Source: Ascoidea asiatica JCM 7603
Taxonomy: Eukaryota; Fungi; Ascomycota
DNA: 64,000 nucleotides
Assembly: GCA_001600695.1 (NCBI GenBank)
Contig: BCKQ01000006.1
Location: forward strand, 262,600 to 326,599
Direction: 5' to 3'
Each line of letters begins with the position of its first letter. Position 1 is the stretch's first letter. The position numbers and the translations under genes were made by a program. Positions 11,186-23,300 of the stretch are shown here, piece after piece. The notes under the pieces are model-generated. The model saw only the letters and a list, made by a program, of their open reading frames with translations. It was not told the origin of the DNA and made no database searches.

Positions 11186-11413
11186 ATGTTTTCAACTAAT
11201 TCAAATCAATTCACTTCAAAAAGATTTATTTCAAATGTTTCTAAAACAACTTCTCATGCAACAAATTCTTCATTATCCCCAAATGTTAAATTAGCTTTAA
11301 CTGTATGTTTAGGTGGTTGGGCTCTTGGTGCTATGGCAATGTCAAAATATTATTATAAACAATCTCCAATGAAAAAAATTTATGATCATGCTGAAGCTCA
11401 AGCAAAATATTAA
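11186..11413 (+). CDS. Small (75 aa) putative mitochondrial single-TM protein
   Basis: Strong AAAATG context and host-like codon usage. The N-terminus is Ser/Thr/Lys/Arg-rich with no acidic residues (MFST..KRFIS), followed by one hydrophobic helix. Confidence 0.7.
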   Translation: MFSTNSNQFTSKRFISNVSKTTSHATNSSLSPNVKLALTVCLGGWALGAMAMSKYYYKQSPMKKIYDHAEAQAKY

Positions 11414-12699
11414 TTCTATTCATAATGTTATTGATTTTCTATCTTAATTTTATCTTTTACGACTAAACGTTTATTTTTTTTTTTTTTTCTGTTTTTACCT
11501 TTCATTGCTAATTTTTTAAATTATTATTTTTTCTTTACTGTTTGTACTCTCTAATATTCTAATTCCATTTTCATTTTGGATTTTTTATATACTTTTATCT
11601 AATATATAATCATTTCTTAATGATTTCATAATCTTATTCATTATTTTCAATTCTTTCTCAAACTGTAAATTTAAATAAAATAAACTCTTTAAAGCTTTAA
11701 CATGAATTCAAATTCGGAAATTTTTGATTGATTTGTTATATCAATTAAAGTTCAATCGTGTAATAGAAGAATATAATAACTTTTCATAACTTTTAAAACA
11801 ATTGTTTTTATTTTAATTGCAGACAGATTCCAAGAAATAATAGACCCAGTTGATAATGTACTTAGTTAAGTATGGCAATTACAGCTTGATCTCAAATGCC
11901 TAAAATAATAATTAATTTAACAGTTATGTTATTTGTAGCAGAAAGTGGATTGCCTGATTCAGAAGCAGTTCGGATTTCATTTTATTTAAGAGGGTTTATC
12001 CGTTTTTGGAAATCCAATTTGATATGCGTTGAGAGGCATTTGGTGAGAATTTACTATCGGGAATAACTTTCTTAATACGACAAATAATCAGAAAGTTTTT
12101 CCGAAATTTTTTCATATTATTTTAAGCTTTGGAAGTATCCACATGCAAAGCACTCTCCTGTGCACGCAGTTATAATAATGTATAGCTATTTCCGACTTTT
12201 TTTTTTGACAGAACTTATCATGTGATTCACAAAAAAAACTCGTGATATTACATAAGTTCTATGAGAGTTTTTGTGGGCTCTTAGAATTGTTCCGCGGGTA
12301 ATGTCCAAAAAACCGTGCTCCGGTTTTTTAAACGGCATTAAACGTCAATTGGCATTTTTTGTCTTAGAAAAAATTAGTGAATTTTCTTCCGGCAGTAAAG
12401 CTTGCATTTTTATTATTGTTATCAACAAAGAAATATGGACTTCTTTCAATATTCAAAAGCCTGGAATTTGATAGGAATTTGATAGGAATTTTATTGAAAT
12501 TCTATTGAAACTAAAATAAAATATAAAATAATCATTAAAATATATTTGAATTCTTCTTTTTTTTTTCCATTTACATTTATTTTTTTTCATTTTTATTGTT
12601 TATTACATTCAATTCAGTTCAGGTTGGTTTCTCATCTAAAAATATTATTAATACAAACTTGTATTAAAACAATCTTGTTTTAATTCATATAGAATAGAA

Positions 12700-15600
12700 A
12701 TGCCATTCTATTCAATTCATGATGTTAAAAAAATCATCAATTATAAATATAAAACAAGTTTAAAACCATTATTGAAAAAATATCTTTTTCCAAATTTTAT
12801 CTCTGTTCATTATTTTTATATAATTCTGATGACTTTCTTAGGCTCATTTTTAATTTTAGTTTCAAATCCTTCAAAAGATTTTTATTCTTCAGATTCCAAA
12901 AAGAGAATAAAATATATTGATGCTTTATTTTTTAGCGCTTGTTCAACAACTCAAGCTGGTTTAAATCCAATTGATATCAATAAATTATCAATTTATCAAC
13001 AACTTATACTTTATATAATTTGTATGTTGACAACTCCAATTTTTATTCATTCTGCTGTTTGTTTTTTTAGACTTTATTGGTTTGAAAAATTTTTTGATAA
13101 TATTAAATTTACTTCAAAATTAGATCATACTTCAAGAAGAAATATGACTTTAGCAAATCAAAAGACTTTGAATCAAAATTCAATTTCTAATATTAATATA
13201 AATATCAATGATATTCCTTTAGAAAATTTAAATCATCAAAAATTTCAGTCTTCCAATAATGATATACATCCTCAAAAAAATAATACAGAAAATGATAACT
13301 ATAATAATACTAATGATAATGATAATGATAATATAGATATAAAATCTTCTTTAGAATCATCTTCTTTAACAAATAATGATATCGATACTCAAAATATTAA
13401 TCAAATTAATAATAAAAATGAGGATTTAAGTCAAATTATTCAAAATAGAGATATTAGATTTGCAGAAAATTTACCACATCCTTCAAAAAATAAAAATAAT
13501 TCTCTTTCGAATAATCAATCTCAAAACAATCCAAATTCAAATTCTCATTCAAATCATAATAGAAGAAAATCTTTTAATCCAAGTGATATGTATTTATCAA
13601 TTGCAATTTTACAAAATAAATTAAAATCAAAAAATATTTCTCCATCTGAGTCAATTAATCAAAGTAATGAATCTTTAAATTATATACCACATTTGAACTC
13701 AAATTCTGATTTAGATAATGGTCCTGCTTTAGTTATTAAAGGTCCTGCTGAAAGAGAAGAAGAAAAATTAAGAAAAGAAAATTTAAATAAACTTAAAAAT
13801 AAAAAAAATAAAAAAATTAATCAAAGACATAAAAGAATTTCAAATAGAATTGAAAAATTAAGATCAAGAAAAAATTCAATAAATTTTCATTATAGAAAAC
13901 CATGGATTTCAAAAGATAATAATAATAATAAAAATAAAAATTCAAGAAGAAATTTTAGAAAAAATTCAATAATGACTGATAATTCTGTTCATATTGCAAT
14001 TGATGATTCAATTAATGATATTTCAATATCTGATAATAATAATGATCTTCAATTTAATCCACTTAATCCACTTAATCAACTTCAAGGTCATAATCTAAGC
14101 CAAAATAATGAATATGATGAAGATGAAGATGAAGAATATGATGAAGAAGATGAAAGTGAAAATGAAAGTGATAGTGATAGTGATGATTATGACAGTAATA
14201 GTAATAATGGAAGTGGAAGCGGAAGTGAAAGTGATTTAGAAGAGTCTGATTTAAGTTTAGATGATAATGAAGATAATATTCAATCTTTATCTAATAATAA
14301 CAATCAAATTGGAAATTCATTTTCAAATCAAACTACTATTATAAATAGTACAAATACTCCTAACTCTGATAATTCAATTATAGATAAAAATAATAATATT
14401 AAGAATAAAAATAGTAATGGTGGATTTGATATTTCTTCAAATTACACAACTGCTCCAAGCAGTAATAATACAAGTATAAAAATATTTGATCCTCGTGATT
14501 ATTCATCAAATAATCATAGTACTGATACTAAAAATAATACTAATGAAACTGATGATGATAATGATGATTTTAATAATAGCAGTAATGATAGTTTCAGCAA
14601 TAAATTACCTCCAATAGAAAGACAATTAACTGAAATTATTAAACCTTCAATTGATCAAATTAATAATAAAAAATTTCTAAAAAGATCTGCAACTTTAGAA
14701 GTTTTACCAACTAAAATTAAAAACAAACATTCAAAAGTTAAAAAATCTCCAACTTTTGAAAATTTTGTTAAAGAAAAATTAAAATCTTCTAATGGTGGTA
14801 TTAAGAATAATAATAATAATAATATCAATAATAATAAACAAAATTATGAAGAAAAAAGTTTAAATTTTAAAGATGATAAAGATGAAATTTTGGCTAGATA
14901 TTCAAAAAAGCGTAATCAGCAACGTAAAAGATCTAAAAAATCAAGAAAAGATATATCATCAAGAAGACCAAGATTATCCTCTTATAATTTTCACTCAGCT
15001 AAAACTATTTCAAATGCTTTGAAAAGAAAGTATACAACTGATTCCTCAATTTTTGATGGAGATTCTATAAAAACTAATAAATTTAATCCAAATTATTTAT
15101 CTTGGAATCCAACTCTTGGTAGAAATTCTACATTTGTAGATTTAACTGAAGATCAAAAACAAGAATTAGGTGGTGTTGAATATAGAGCAATTAAATTATT
15201 AGTTAAAATTTTGTTAATTTATTATGTTGGTTTTCATGTTTTATCATTACTTTTTTTCTTACCTTGGATTTCAGCAATGAAAAATCATATAAATTATCTT
15301 AAAAGTTATGGTGTTAATTTTGTTTGGTGGGGATTTTTCACTTCAGCTTCAATGTTTAATGATTTAGGTTTTACTTTAACTCCAGATAGTATGTCATCTT
15401 TTAGTCAGTCTGTTTTCCCATTACTTGTTGGAAGTTTTTTTATTGTAATTGGTAATACTGGTTTTCCAATTTTTTTAAGATTCATAATTTGGTCATTATT
15501 TAAAATTGCTCCTGAATTATCTTTAATTAAAGAATCTTTAGGATTTTTATTAGATCATCCAAGACGTTGTTTTACATTATTATTCCCAAAAGTTCCAACA

Positions 15601-16377
15601 TATTGGTTATTATTTGTTTTAATTGTATTAAATGCAATTGATGTAATTTTATTTATTATATTAGATTTAAATAATTCTTCAATTGATTCAATTCCTGTTG
15701 GCTATAGAGTTTTAGATGCTTTTTTTCAAGCTTTTAGTACAAGAACAGCAGGTTTTACAGTTGTTGATTTATCAAAATTACATCCTTCAGTTCAAGTTAG
15801 TTATATGTTAATGATGTATATTTCAGTTTTACCGTTAGCTATTTCTATTAGAAGAACTAATGTTTATGAAGAACAATCATTAGGAGTTTATGGAAAACCA
15901 GAGGAAGAAGAAAGTGTAACAGATATTGAAAAAGTTCCAAAAACTTTTATTGGAGCACATTTAAGAAAACAATTATCATATGATTTATGGTTTGTATTTC
16001 TTGGATTATTTATTATATGTATTGCAGAAGGTGATAAATTAAGTGATGATTCACAAACAGATTTTACAATTTTTCAAGTTTTATTTGAAATTGTTTCTGC
16101 TTATGGTACAGTTGGATTATCATTAGGATATCCAGATACTACTACATCATTTTCTGGACAATTTACAACAGTTTCAAAATTAGTTATAATTGCAATGGTT
16201 ATTAGAGGAAAACATAGGGGTTTACCGTATGCTATTGATCGTGCTATAACATTACCTTCAGATAAATTAATGAGAAGAGATGCAGTTCAAGCTTCACATG
16301 CATTGCATAGACAAGTAACATTAAATCGTATCAATAGTTCATTAACAAATGAACGTGAACGTACTAATGATTTTTAA
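12700..16377 (+). CDS. TRK1: Trk-family high-affinity potassium transporter
   Basis: Four pore-loop signatures (TQAGLN, FNDLGF, TRTAGF, YGTVGLSLG), ELGGVEYRAIKLL, and a long Asn/Asp-rich cytosolic loop. Confidence 0.96.
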   Translation: MPFYSIHDVKKIINYKYKTSLKPLLKKYLFPNFISVHYFYIILMTFLGSFLILVSNPSKDFYSSDSKKRIKYIDALFFSACSTTQAGLNPIDINKLSIYQQLILYIICMLTTPIFIHSAVCFFRLYWFEKFFDNIKFTSKLDHTSRRNMTLANQKTLNQNSISNINININDIPLENLNHQKFQSSNNDIHPQKNNTENDNYNNTNDNDNDNIDIKSSLESSSLTNNDIDTQNINQINNKNEDLSQIIQNRDIRFAENLPHPSKNKNNSLSNNQSQNNPNSNSHSNHNRRKSFNPSDMYLSIAILQNKLKSKNISPSESINQSNESLNYIPHLNSNSDLDNGPALVIKGPAEREEEKLRKENLNKLKNKKNKKINQRHKRISNRIEKLRSRKNSINFHYRKPWISKDNNNNKNKNSRRNFRKNSIMTDNSVHIAIDDSINDISISDNNNDLQFNPLNPLNQLQGHNLSQNNEYDEDEDEEYDEEDESENESDSDSDDYDSNSNNGSGSGSESDLEESDLSLDDNEDNIQSLSNNNNQIGNSFSNQTTIINSTNTPNSDNSIIDKNNNIKNKNSNGGFDISSNYTTAPSSNNTSIKIFDPRDYSSNNHSTDTKNNTNETDDDNDDFNNSSNDSFSNKLPPIERQLTEIIKPSIDQINNKKFLKRSATLEVLPTKIKNKHSKVKKSPTFENFVKEKLKSSNGGIKNNNNNNINNNKQNYEEKSLNFKDDKDEILARYSKKRNQQRKRSKKSRKDISSRRPRLSSYNFHSAKTISNALKRKYTTDSSIFDGDSIKTNKFNPNYLSWNPTLGRNSTFVDLTEDQKQELGGVEYRAIKLLVKILLIYYVGFHVLSLLFFLPWISAMKNHINYLKSYGVNFVWWGFFTSASMFNDLGFTLTPDSMSSFSQSVFPLLVGSFFIVIGNTGFPIFLRFIIWSLFKIAPELSLIKESLGFLLDHPRRCFTLLFPKVPTYWLLFVLIVLNAIDVILFIILDLNNSSIDSIPVGYRVLDAFFQAFSTRTAGFTVVDLSKLHPSVQVSYMLMMYISVLPLAISIRRTNVYEEQSLGVYGKPEEEESVTDIEKVPKTFIGAHLRKQLSYDLWFVFLGLFIICIAEGDKLSDDSQTDFTIFQVLFEIVSAYGTVGLSLGYPDTTTSFSGQFTTVSKLVIIAMVIRGKHRGLPYAIDRAITLPSDKLMRRDAVQASHALHRQVTLNRINSSLTNERERTNDF

Positions 16378-16857
16378 TTCAAAATTTTTTTATTTTTTTT
16401 TTATCAATTTTTTTTTATGTTTTTTCATTTTCTTTTTATGTTTTTTCATTTTTTTTTTTTATTTTCTTTTATTTTCTTCATCGATGTTGGGATGCTAATA
16501 TTTTTTAATACTTTTTTAAAGTGTTGACTTTCCAGTTAGGTAATTTGGTTTCTTTGAAATTCTCCTGTATTATATATTATATATATATTTTTTCATTCTT
16601 TAATCTTTTTTTACAATTTTCAACTCATATTTTTCAGTTCTTTATCTATTATATAGCCATTTGGATTTTCTTCCTAGATTCTTAGCTTTTTAAGTTATGT
16701 TTTAAAAACGGCATTTATTTAGTAATTTTTTTTTTATCTGGTCATGTTTTTTAATCTTTTTATTTAATTTTTATTTTTATTTTATAGATAAAGTCATAGT
16801 AATATATATTTAATTTAATTAGGTATGTAAAAGGTATGGGTAGATATTGTATATTAA

Positions 16858-18258
16858 TTACTTTTCTCTTTGAATTTCAAATTTATCATCAAATGGAGAT
16901 TCTATAGATATATTTGATTTATGAGATTTAAAAGATTTCTGAGATTGAGCATCTTTAAAAGAAGAAACACTATCAAGATCTAAATTTATAATAATATCAT
17001 TTGATAAATAATTATTTGAAGGTCTTAAAGATTTTCTATTTGAATCTTTATTATTATTATTATTATTATTGTTATTATTTGGGGTATTATTTTGGGTATT
17101 ATTTTGGGTATTATTTTGAGAATTTGGATCACCATAATGTATACTACCTTCTGAACTTAAAGAAATATCAGAATCGAATTCTGAATCTGAATTTTGATTG
17201 GCTTCATTTATATTTGATAATCTTTTTGAATTTCTTTTTGATAATCGTTTTGAATTTCTTTTAGATTTTCTTTTATTTGAGTCTTTACTATTATTATTAT
17301 TATTATTGTTATTTGAATTTGAATTTGAATCATTATCTGAATCTGAATCAGATTCTTCAGGTATATATTGATTTTGTAAACGACTTGATTTTTTTGGAAT
17401 AGTTATAGCTTTAACACCACCTAATCTTGATACAGAAATTGCCGAAGCAGTTTTAACAGAATTATTATCATAATTATTATCAGAAGTTTCTGGAATTGAA
17501 GATAATGAAGTTAAAGATTTATCTTTACCTAAAACACTAACTAATTTTGGTCTTGCTCTAACAGCAGTTGTAGTTTCATCAGGATCACCAACAATTGTAG
17601 CTTTTGATAATCTATCACCAGGAGTTGAAACATCAATATCAGAGAAATCTGAATAAGTTGATCTTGTTTTATTATGTCTTATGGTAACACCAGGTATATA
17701 AGCAATTGGAATTAAATTTGAAGCTCTTGAGAAAATAGTTGAAGCAAAACTATTTCTTGGTTTTATTGAATTATTTAAACTTGGAGGTTTTAAAGAATTT
17801 GAATTTTGATTTTGAGATTGATTACCATTTTGAGATTGAGATAAAGATAATCTTTTTTCATATTCTTCTTGTTGTTTTTTCATTAATTCTATATAAATTT
17901 TTTTATTTTTTTTATGTTTATACCAAAGATAAAATAAAATTAAAGAAATTAATAAAACTCCACCAATTACACCGCCTGCAATACCACCAATATTTGAAGA
18001 TTTTGAAGAAGAAGAAGAAGAAGATGAAGAATCTTTTGCATCACAACGTATTGAAGCACATTTTGTACAAGTTGCAACTATCATTACACAACTTTCATCA
18101 CTATCACAATCACATTTTGGATTATCATCAGTACATGTTACACAATCTCTTTTATTTAATATGAAATTATCTAAGTCATTATTATTATTTATTGAAGATT
18201 TTATTGAAGGTTGAATGATTATTAAATCATCATATTTATAAGCATAATCTAATGGCAT
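16858..18258 (-). CDS. OPY2: Opy2 membrane anchor of the HOG/filamentous-growth MAPK pathways
   Basis: Eight-Cys extracellular domain (CVTC..C.C....C.....C..C....C), TM helix IAGGVIGGV, and the cytosolic motif SRASNLIPIAYIPGV. Confidence 0.92.
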   Translation of the reverse strand: MPLDYAYKYDDLIIIQPSIKSSINNNNDLDNFILNKRDCVTCTDDNPKCDCDSDESCVMIVATCTKCASIRCDAKDSSSSSSSSSKSSNIGGIAGGVIGGVLLISLILFYLWYKHKKNKKIYIELMKKQQEEYEKRLSLSQSQNGNQSQNQNSNSLKPPSLNNSIKPRNSFASTIFSRASNLIPIAYIPGVTIRHNKTRSTYSDFSDIDVSTPGDRLSKATIVGDPDETTTAVRARPKLVSVLGKDKSLTSLSSIPETSDNNYDNNSVKTASAISVSRLGGVKAITIPKKSSRLQNQYIPEESDSDSDNDSNSNSNNNNNNNNSKDSNKRKSKRNSKRLSKRNSKRLSNINEANQNSDSEFDSDISLSSEGSIHYGDPNSQNNTQNNTQNNTPNNNNNNNNNNKDSNRKSLRPSNNYLSNDIIINLDLDSVSSFKDAQSQKSFKSHKSNISIESPFDDKFEIQREK

Positions 18259-18507
18259 TTTTAGTTGATAATATAAGATAATATAGTATAATTTGATAAG
18301 ATATCAAGGGATATCAATTAGTAATTTGAAATGATATAATTAATGATTTGAATTGAAGAAGAAATAAAAAGAATAAAGGAGCGAATAGAGATAAGTTAAA
18401 GGATTGAATAATCAAGATTATAAATGGAAAAATTTGAAATATTTAAAAATGAAAAGAACAAATTAAATATAATTTAATATTGTAATAGTTGAATATTTGA
18501 TTGATAA

Positions 18508-18548
18508 TATATTTGATATTTGATATTTGATATTTGATATTTGATATT
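18508..18548. repeat. (ATATTTG)n 7-bp tandem repeat in the OPY2 upstream region
   Basis: About 5 consecutive copies seen directly. Confidence 0.8.
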
Positions 18549-19272
18549 AATATTTGGTACTTAATATCAATATTTAATATATCTCCTTGAAAGGGACGTG
18601 TAACGTTAACGTTAATTATTAAATCCCAGCATACACCAAAATGTATCAGTCTCAGCACTTCAAATACGCAGATTCTGGAACGCTCCTGCCAAGCACCAAA
18701 AGACTCGGGGCAGAGAGTGTCCTACTGATCTACTACTACTGTCCTGCAATAACAATCCTTGATTTTTATGCCCTATGGCCTAAATATGGATTTTTTATCC
18801 GGTACATGGTAATTAATGGATTAAATATGATTATATCCTGAAAACGGAAACATGGAAATATGGATTTATTCCGTCATGCACCAACACTTTTAACAAGGTA
18901 TAAAACAGTGCATAAATGCAGAAGTTTAGGAACCATTGGAGCGGTTCTGTTCTCCTGCTTGCCGGTGAAACCACTGCAGTGATAATAACAATAATAATAA
19001 TGGAGATGATAATAATAAAAGGTGATTCTTCTTTAGACCTTCTTTTATTATTATTTGGATTATTTCGAATATACTAGAATTTTCATTGATTTCATACTTA
19101 TTTTAAATATTTAAACAAAACAATCATCTTTTATTATCCTCACAATGTCTTCAAGAATAAAACAAAAAGTATTAATATCACTGTAATAACATATAAATAT
19201 CATTTATAAAATTCAAATTTTTAACTCTAGATCATATTTTTATGAACCTTGGAGCTTAAACTATAAAAAATA

Positions 19273-20151
19273 ATGCAGAATTTTAATAGTAATAAATTTA
19301 TTTCTTTAAAGAAAAATAAAGTTAGAAAAGCTTCAATTGAATTTCCTAATGATGATTATCCAGTTAAAAGAAAGAAATTAATTCAATCTTTCAATAATCT
19401 TAAAATTTCAAATTCTTTAAATGTTTTAAATAATAACTTTAATACTAACCATAATAATACAGAAATTTCCAATAATATCTCTAAAAATATCAATACAAAT
19501 ACAAATAATGATAATGATAATGATATCGATTTAGAAAAAGATTTTAAGAATAGTATATATATAAACTCAATTGATCAGTTTTTAAAAGATAATCCTGACG
19601 ATAATGATAATGATGATGATGATAAAGATAATGATAATGATAATGATAATAACAGTAATAATAATAATGAAATAACTTATGATACAGATAACGATATAAT
19701 AATAGATCCAATAGATTATTCAAACTCAAATGATAATAATAATTTCAATCATAGAAGGAAAAAATATATAATACCAAAAAAAATACTTGATCCTTTAATT
19801 TCTTCAATTTCTTCAATTTCAAATTATAAATTCAATAAAAAACATTTTAAATCAATTGAAGAATTTAGTAATGAAAAAAATAATAACTTAAATGAAAAAA
19901 ATTTATCAGTTTTATCAAATGGTCAAATTTATTATAATTTATTTATTGATAAAAATTTTTCCTTAATTATTCATTATAATCAAAATTTATTAATATTTAA
20001 TAATTTCAAAGATTGGGTTTATAAAAATAATTTAAATAATTTAAATAAATTGAATAATTTTAATCATTTTGATAATTCAAATCAAATTGAAGATGTTAAT
20101 CATAATGATTATGCTGATATTGATGACGATGACGATATAGAAATGTTATGA
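19273..20151 (+). CDS. Hypothetical Asn/Asp-rich protein (292 aa) with a putative NLS
   Basis: Long ORF in very AT-rich DNA with an ATG start and PVKRKK motif. No family recognised. Confidence 0.75.
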   Translation: MQNFNSNKFISLKKNKVRKASIEFPNDDYPVKRKKLIQSFNNLKISNSLNVLNNNFNTNHNNTEISNNISKNINTNTNNDNDNDIDLEKDFKNSIYINSIDQFLKDNPDDNDNDDDDKDNDNDNDNNSNNNNEITYDTDNDIIIDPIDYSNSNDNNNFNHRRKKYIIPKKILDPLISSISSISNYKFNKKHFKSIEEFSNEKNNNLNEKNLSVLSNGQIYYNLFIDKNFSLIIHYNQNLLIFNNFKDWVYKNNLNNLNKLNNFNHFDNSNQIEDVNHNDYADIDDDDDIEML

Positions 20152-20344
20152 ACTACAATATAAATTATCTTATAAACTTTTCATGAAACTTATATATTAT
20201 AGAATATACAGTTTATTATAATTTTTTGTAAAAATACTTTTATTTATTTACTTATTTATTAAATTTAATCAAAAAGAAAAAAAAAAACTACTTAACTTAT
20301 CAAAACCAACTAAATATATCAAAAACCAACGATACATAATAACT

Positions 20345-23300
20345 TCAAACTCGTTCAACAGAGAATACCCATTGCCCAGTAACTGGATCATAACTTTCAA
20401 ATTTTGTACCTTCAACATGATGTAATTTTTTAATATGATGTCTAACAATTTCATGTTTTGGATCTTTAATAATTTTTTTCTTTAAAACTGGATAACATTT
20501 TTCAATTGTAATTCTAGCTGGTACATTAAATCCTTCTCCAACTGGTGGTTGATCTTCTTCATTTGGATAAACAATACATGTTTTATCAATAAATAAAATT
20601 TCATTACCTGCAATTTTTGAAATATTTGGTATAATTGTTAAATCAATTGGTACTTTAAATTCAATTTTACCATATCCTTTACGTCCAACAGTAAAATTTT
20701 CAACTGCTCTTAATTTTAATAATGATAATTTATTTAAAACTTCTACACTTGGTGAAAACCAATATCCATCATCATCAACTATTAATTCATCTTCATCATC
20801 ATTCTCATGATCATCTTGATAAACATCATCAACATTACTATTATCTTTATTGTCTTTATTATCTTTTGAATTTTTTTCAATAATAGAATTATCATTGTGA
20901 AAGCCACTGAAACTATTATTACTAGAATTAATATTATCATTTAAATCTAATTTTTTAATGAAATTAGAATTATTTTTATCACTTTTATCATTTGAAGAAT
21001 TATTATTTAAAATACTATTATTAATATAACTTGTATTTGGAGTTGAAGTTATATCTTTAAGTTTATTAATTTTAGAATTTGGTGTACTTAAACCATTCGC
21101 ATTTTCATTTTCATCATCATTATTATTAATATTGTTATCAGTATTAGTAATTTCTTTTAATGGTTTAACTGAATTAATATTTGGAGAAGAAGTAATAATC
21201 ATTGATTCTTCTGATAAATCTGGAATTTTTTTATGATTTTTATCAATTAATAAAGTTTTTATATCATTTGAAGGTATAAAACTAGATAAAAGACTTCTAT
21301 CAATTTCATTATTAATTAAAACTGAATTATTTGAATTAGAAATAGAATTATTTAAATTTGATGAAGAAGAATTTTGAATTCCGGTAATTAATTTAACTTC
21401 AGTGCCATTAATTGATAAAACTCTCGATTTTAAAGCTTTTGGAGAAACTAAAGGTCTAAAAGGTTTTAAATTATAGGCAGAAGTTATTGATAATGGTCTT
21501 CTTCTTAATTTTCTATTATTATTATTTAATAAAGTTGCAATTGGAGAATTATCAGAATCAGATTGAGTTAATAAAGATAAAGCATTAGCAAATAAAGGAT
21601 TTGCAGAATAAGGATTTGAAGAAAGTAATGATTGTTGTTGCTGTTGTTGTAATTGTTGTTGTTGTTTTTGAATTAATTGATTATTATTATTATTATTATT
21701 TAAATTATTATTGATACTACTATTATTAGGATTGAATAAACTATTAGTATTATTATTGTTATTATTAAAAATACTATTAGAATTATTATTAAGAGTGTTA
21801 TTATTATTATTACTATTATTATTGTTATTGAATAAACTATTAGTGTTATTACTATTGATACTATTATTATTATTACTATTAAATAAACTATTAGTATTAT
21901 TATTAGTATTAAGAGGATTTGAATTATTAATTGGTGCAAAAGAACCAATTGGTTTATTAGTATTAAATAAGTTACCGGTAGTATTAGTATTAGTATTATT
22001 GTTATTATTATTGCTAAACAAACCACCAGTACTTAAAGAATTATTATTATTATTATTATTAAAAGTATTATTAGAATTGAAAAGACCACCAGTACCTAAA
22101 GTGCTATTAGTATTATTGGTACTAATATTATTGTTATTATTATTATTATTACCAAAAATACCCCCAGAGTTAGTATTATTGTTATTATTATTAATACCCG
22201 AAGATAAGAAACCTGATGTGTTTGTATTTGTATTTGTATTTAAACCATTGTTATTATTATTATTATTATTGTTATTTAAACCAAAACCAAAAGTTGGTTT
22301 ATTTGTATTAAAAATAGAATTTGAGTTAGTATTTGTATTTGAATTTAAAGTATTTAAAGAATTTGAATTATTATTGTTGTTATTGTTAAGACCAAAACTG
22401 AATGGACTTGCAGCAGGTTTATTAGCAATATTATTATTATTATTATTGCCAAATATACTAGTAGTTGCAGGTTTATTACCACCAAATAAACCAGTTGAAG
22501 TAGTATTATTATTAGTGTTATTACCAAAAAGATTAGTAGTTGCAGGTTTAGAACCAAATAAGCCAGTTGAAGTGGTATTATTGTTGTTGTTATTATTACC
22601 GAATAAACCTGTTGAAGTAGTATTGTTGTTATTGTTGGTATTACCAAATAAACCTGTTGAAGTATTGTTATTATTGTTAGTATTATTACCAAAAATACTT
22701 GTTGAAGGAGTTGAAGAATTATTATTGAAACCAGAGAATGCATTTGTAGTATTATTATTATTTGAATTACCAAATAAACCAGTTGAAGTATTAGTATTAT
22801 TATTACTACCAAAAATATTTGTAGTTGCAGGTTTACTACCGAATAAACCAGTTGAACCAGTATTATTATTATTATTACCAAAAGAGAAAGCCGAATTACC
22901 TGTAGTAGTATTGTTATTATTATTGTTGTTTAGACCAAACCCTCCAAAAGGACTAGAAGAAGCTGGTTTACTACCAAATAAACCAGTTGAAGTATTAGTA
23001 TTATTATTACTACCAAAAATATTTGTAGTTGCAGGTTTACTACCGAATAAACCAGTTGAACCAGTATTATTATTATTATTACCAAAAGAGAAAGCCGAAT
23101 TACCTGTAGTAGTATTGTTATTATTATTGTTGTTTAGACCAAACCCTCCAAAAGGACTAGAAGAAGCTGGTTTACTACCAAATAAACCAGTTGAAGTATT
23201 AGTATTATTATTACTACCAAAAATATTTGTAGTTGCAGGTTTACTACCGAATAAACCAGTTGAACCAGTATTATTATTATTATTACCAAAAGAGAAAGCC

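Noticed and set aside
11711-12226. Point-centromere candidate (CDEI-like RTCACATG plus TTCCGAA-like motifs)
   Set aside because: Spacing and orientation do not fit CDEI-CDEII-CDEIII. CDEI-like boxes recur in many promoters here and are better read as Cbf1 sites.
17001-18164. Short antisense or alternative-frame ORFs over OPY2, and similar ones over TOS4, SAPS, ASG1, SUB1 and MRT4
   Set aside because: They are poly-Tyr/Ile/Leu translations of microsatellite-rich coding DNA, often with non-ATG starts, and overlap well-supported genes.
20345-20420. NUP145/Nup98-96 autoproteolytic precursor
   Set aside because: The protein ends at WVFSVERV with no HF/S site or Nup96-like portion, and it has a GLEBS motif, so it is Nup116-type.
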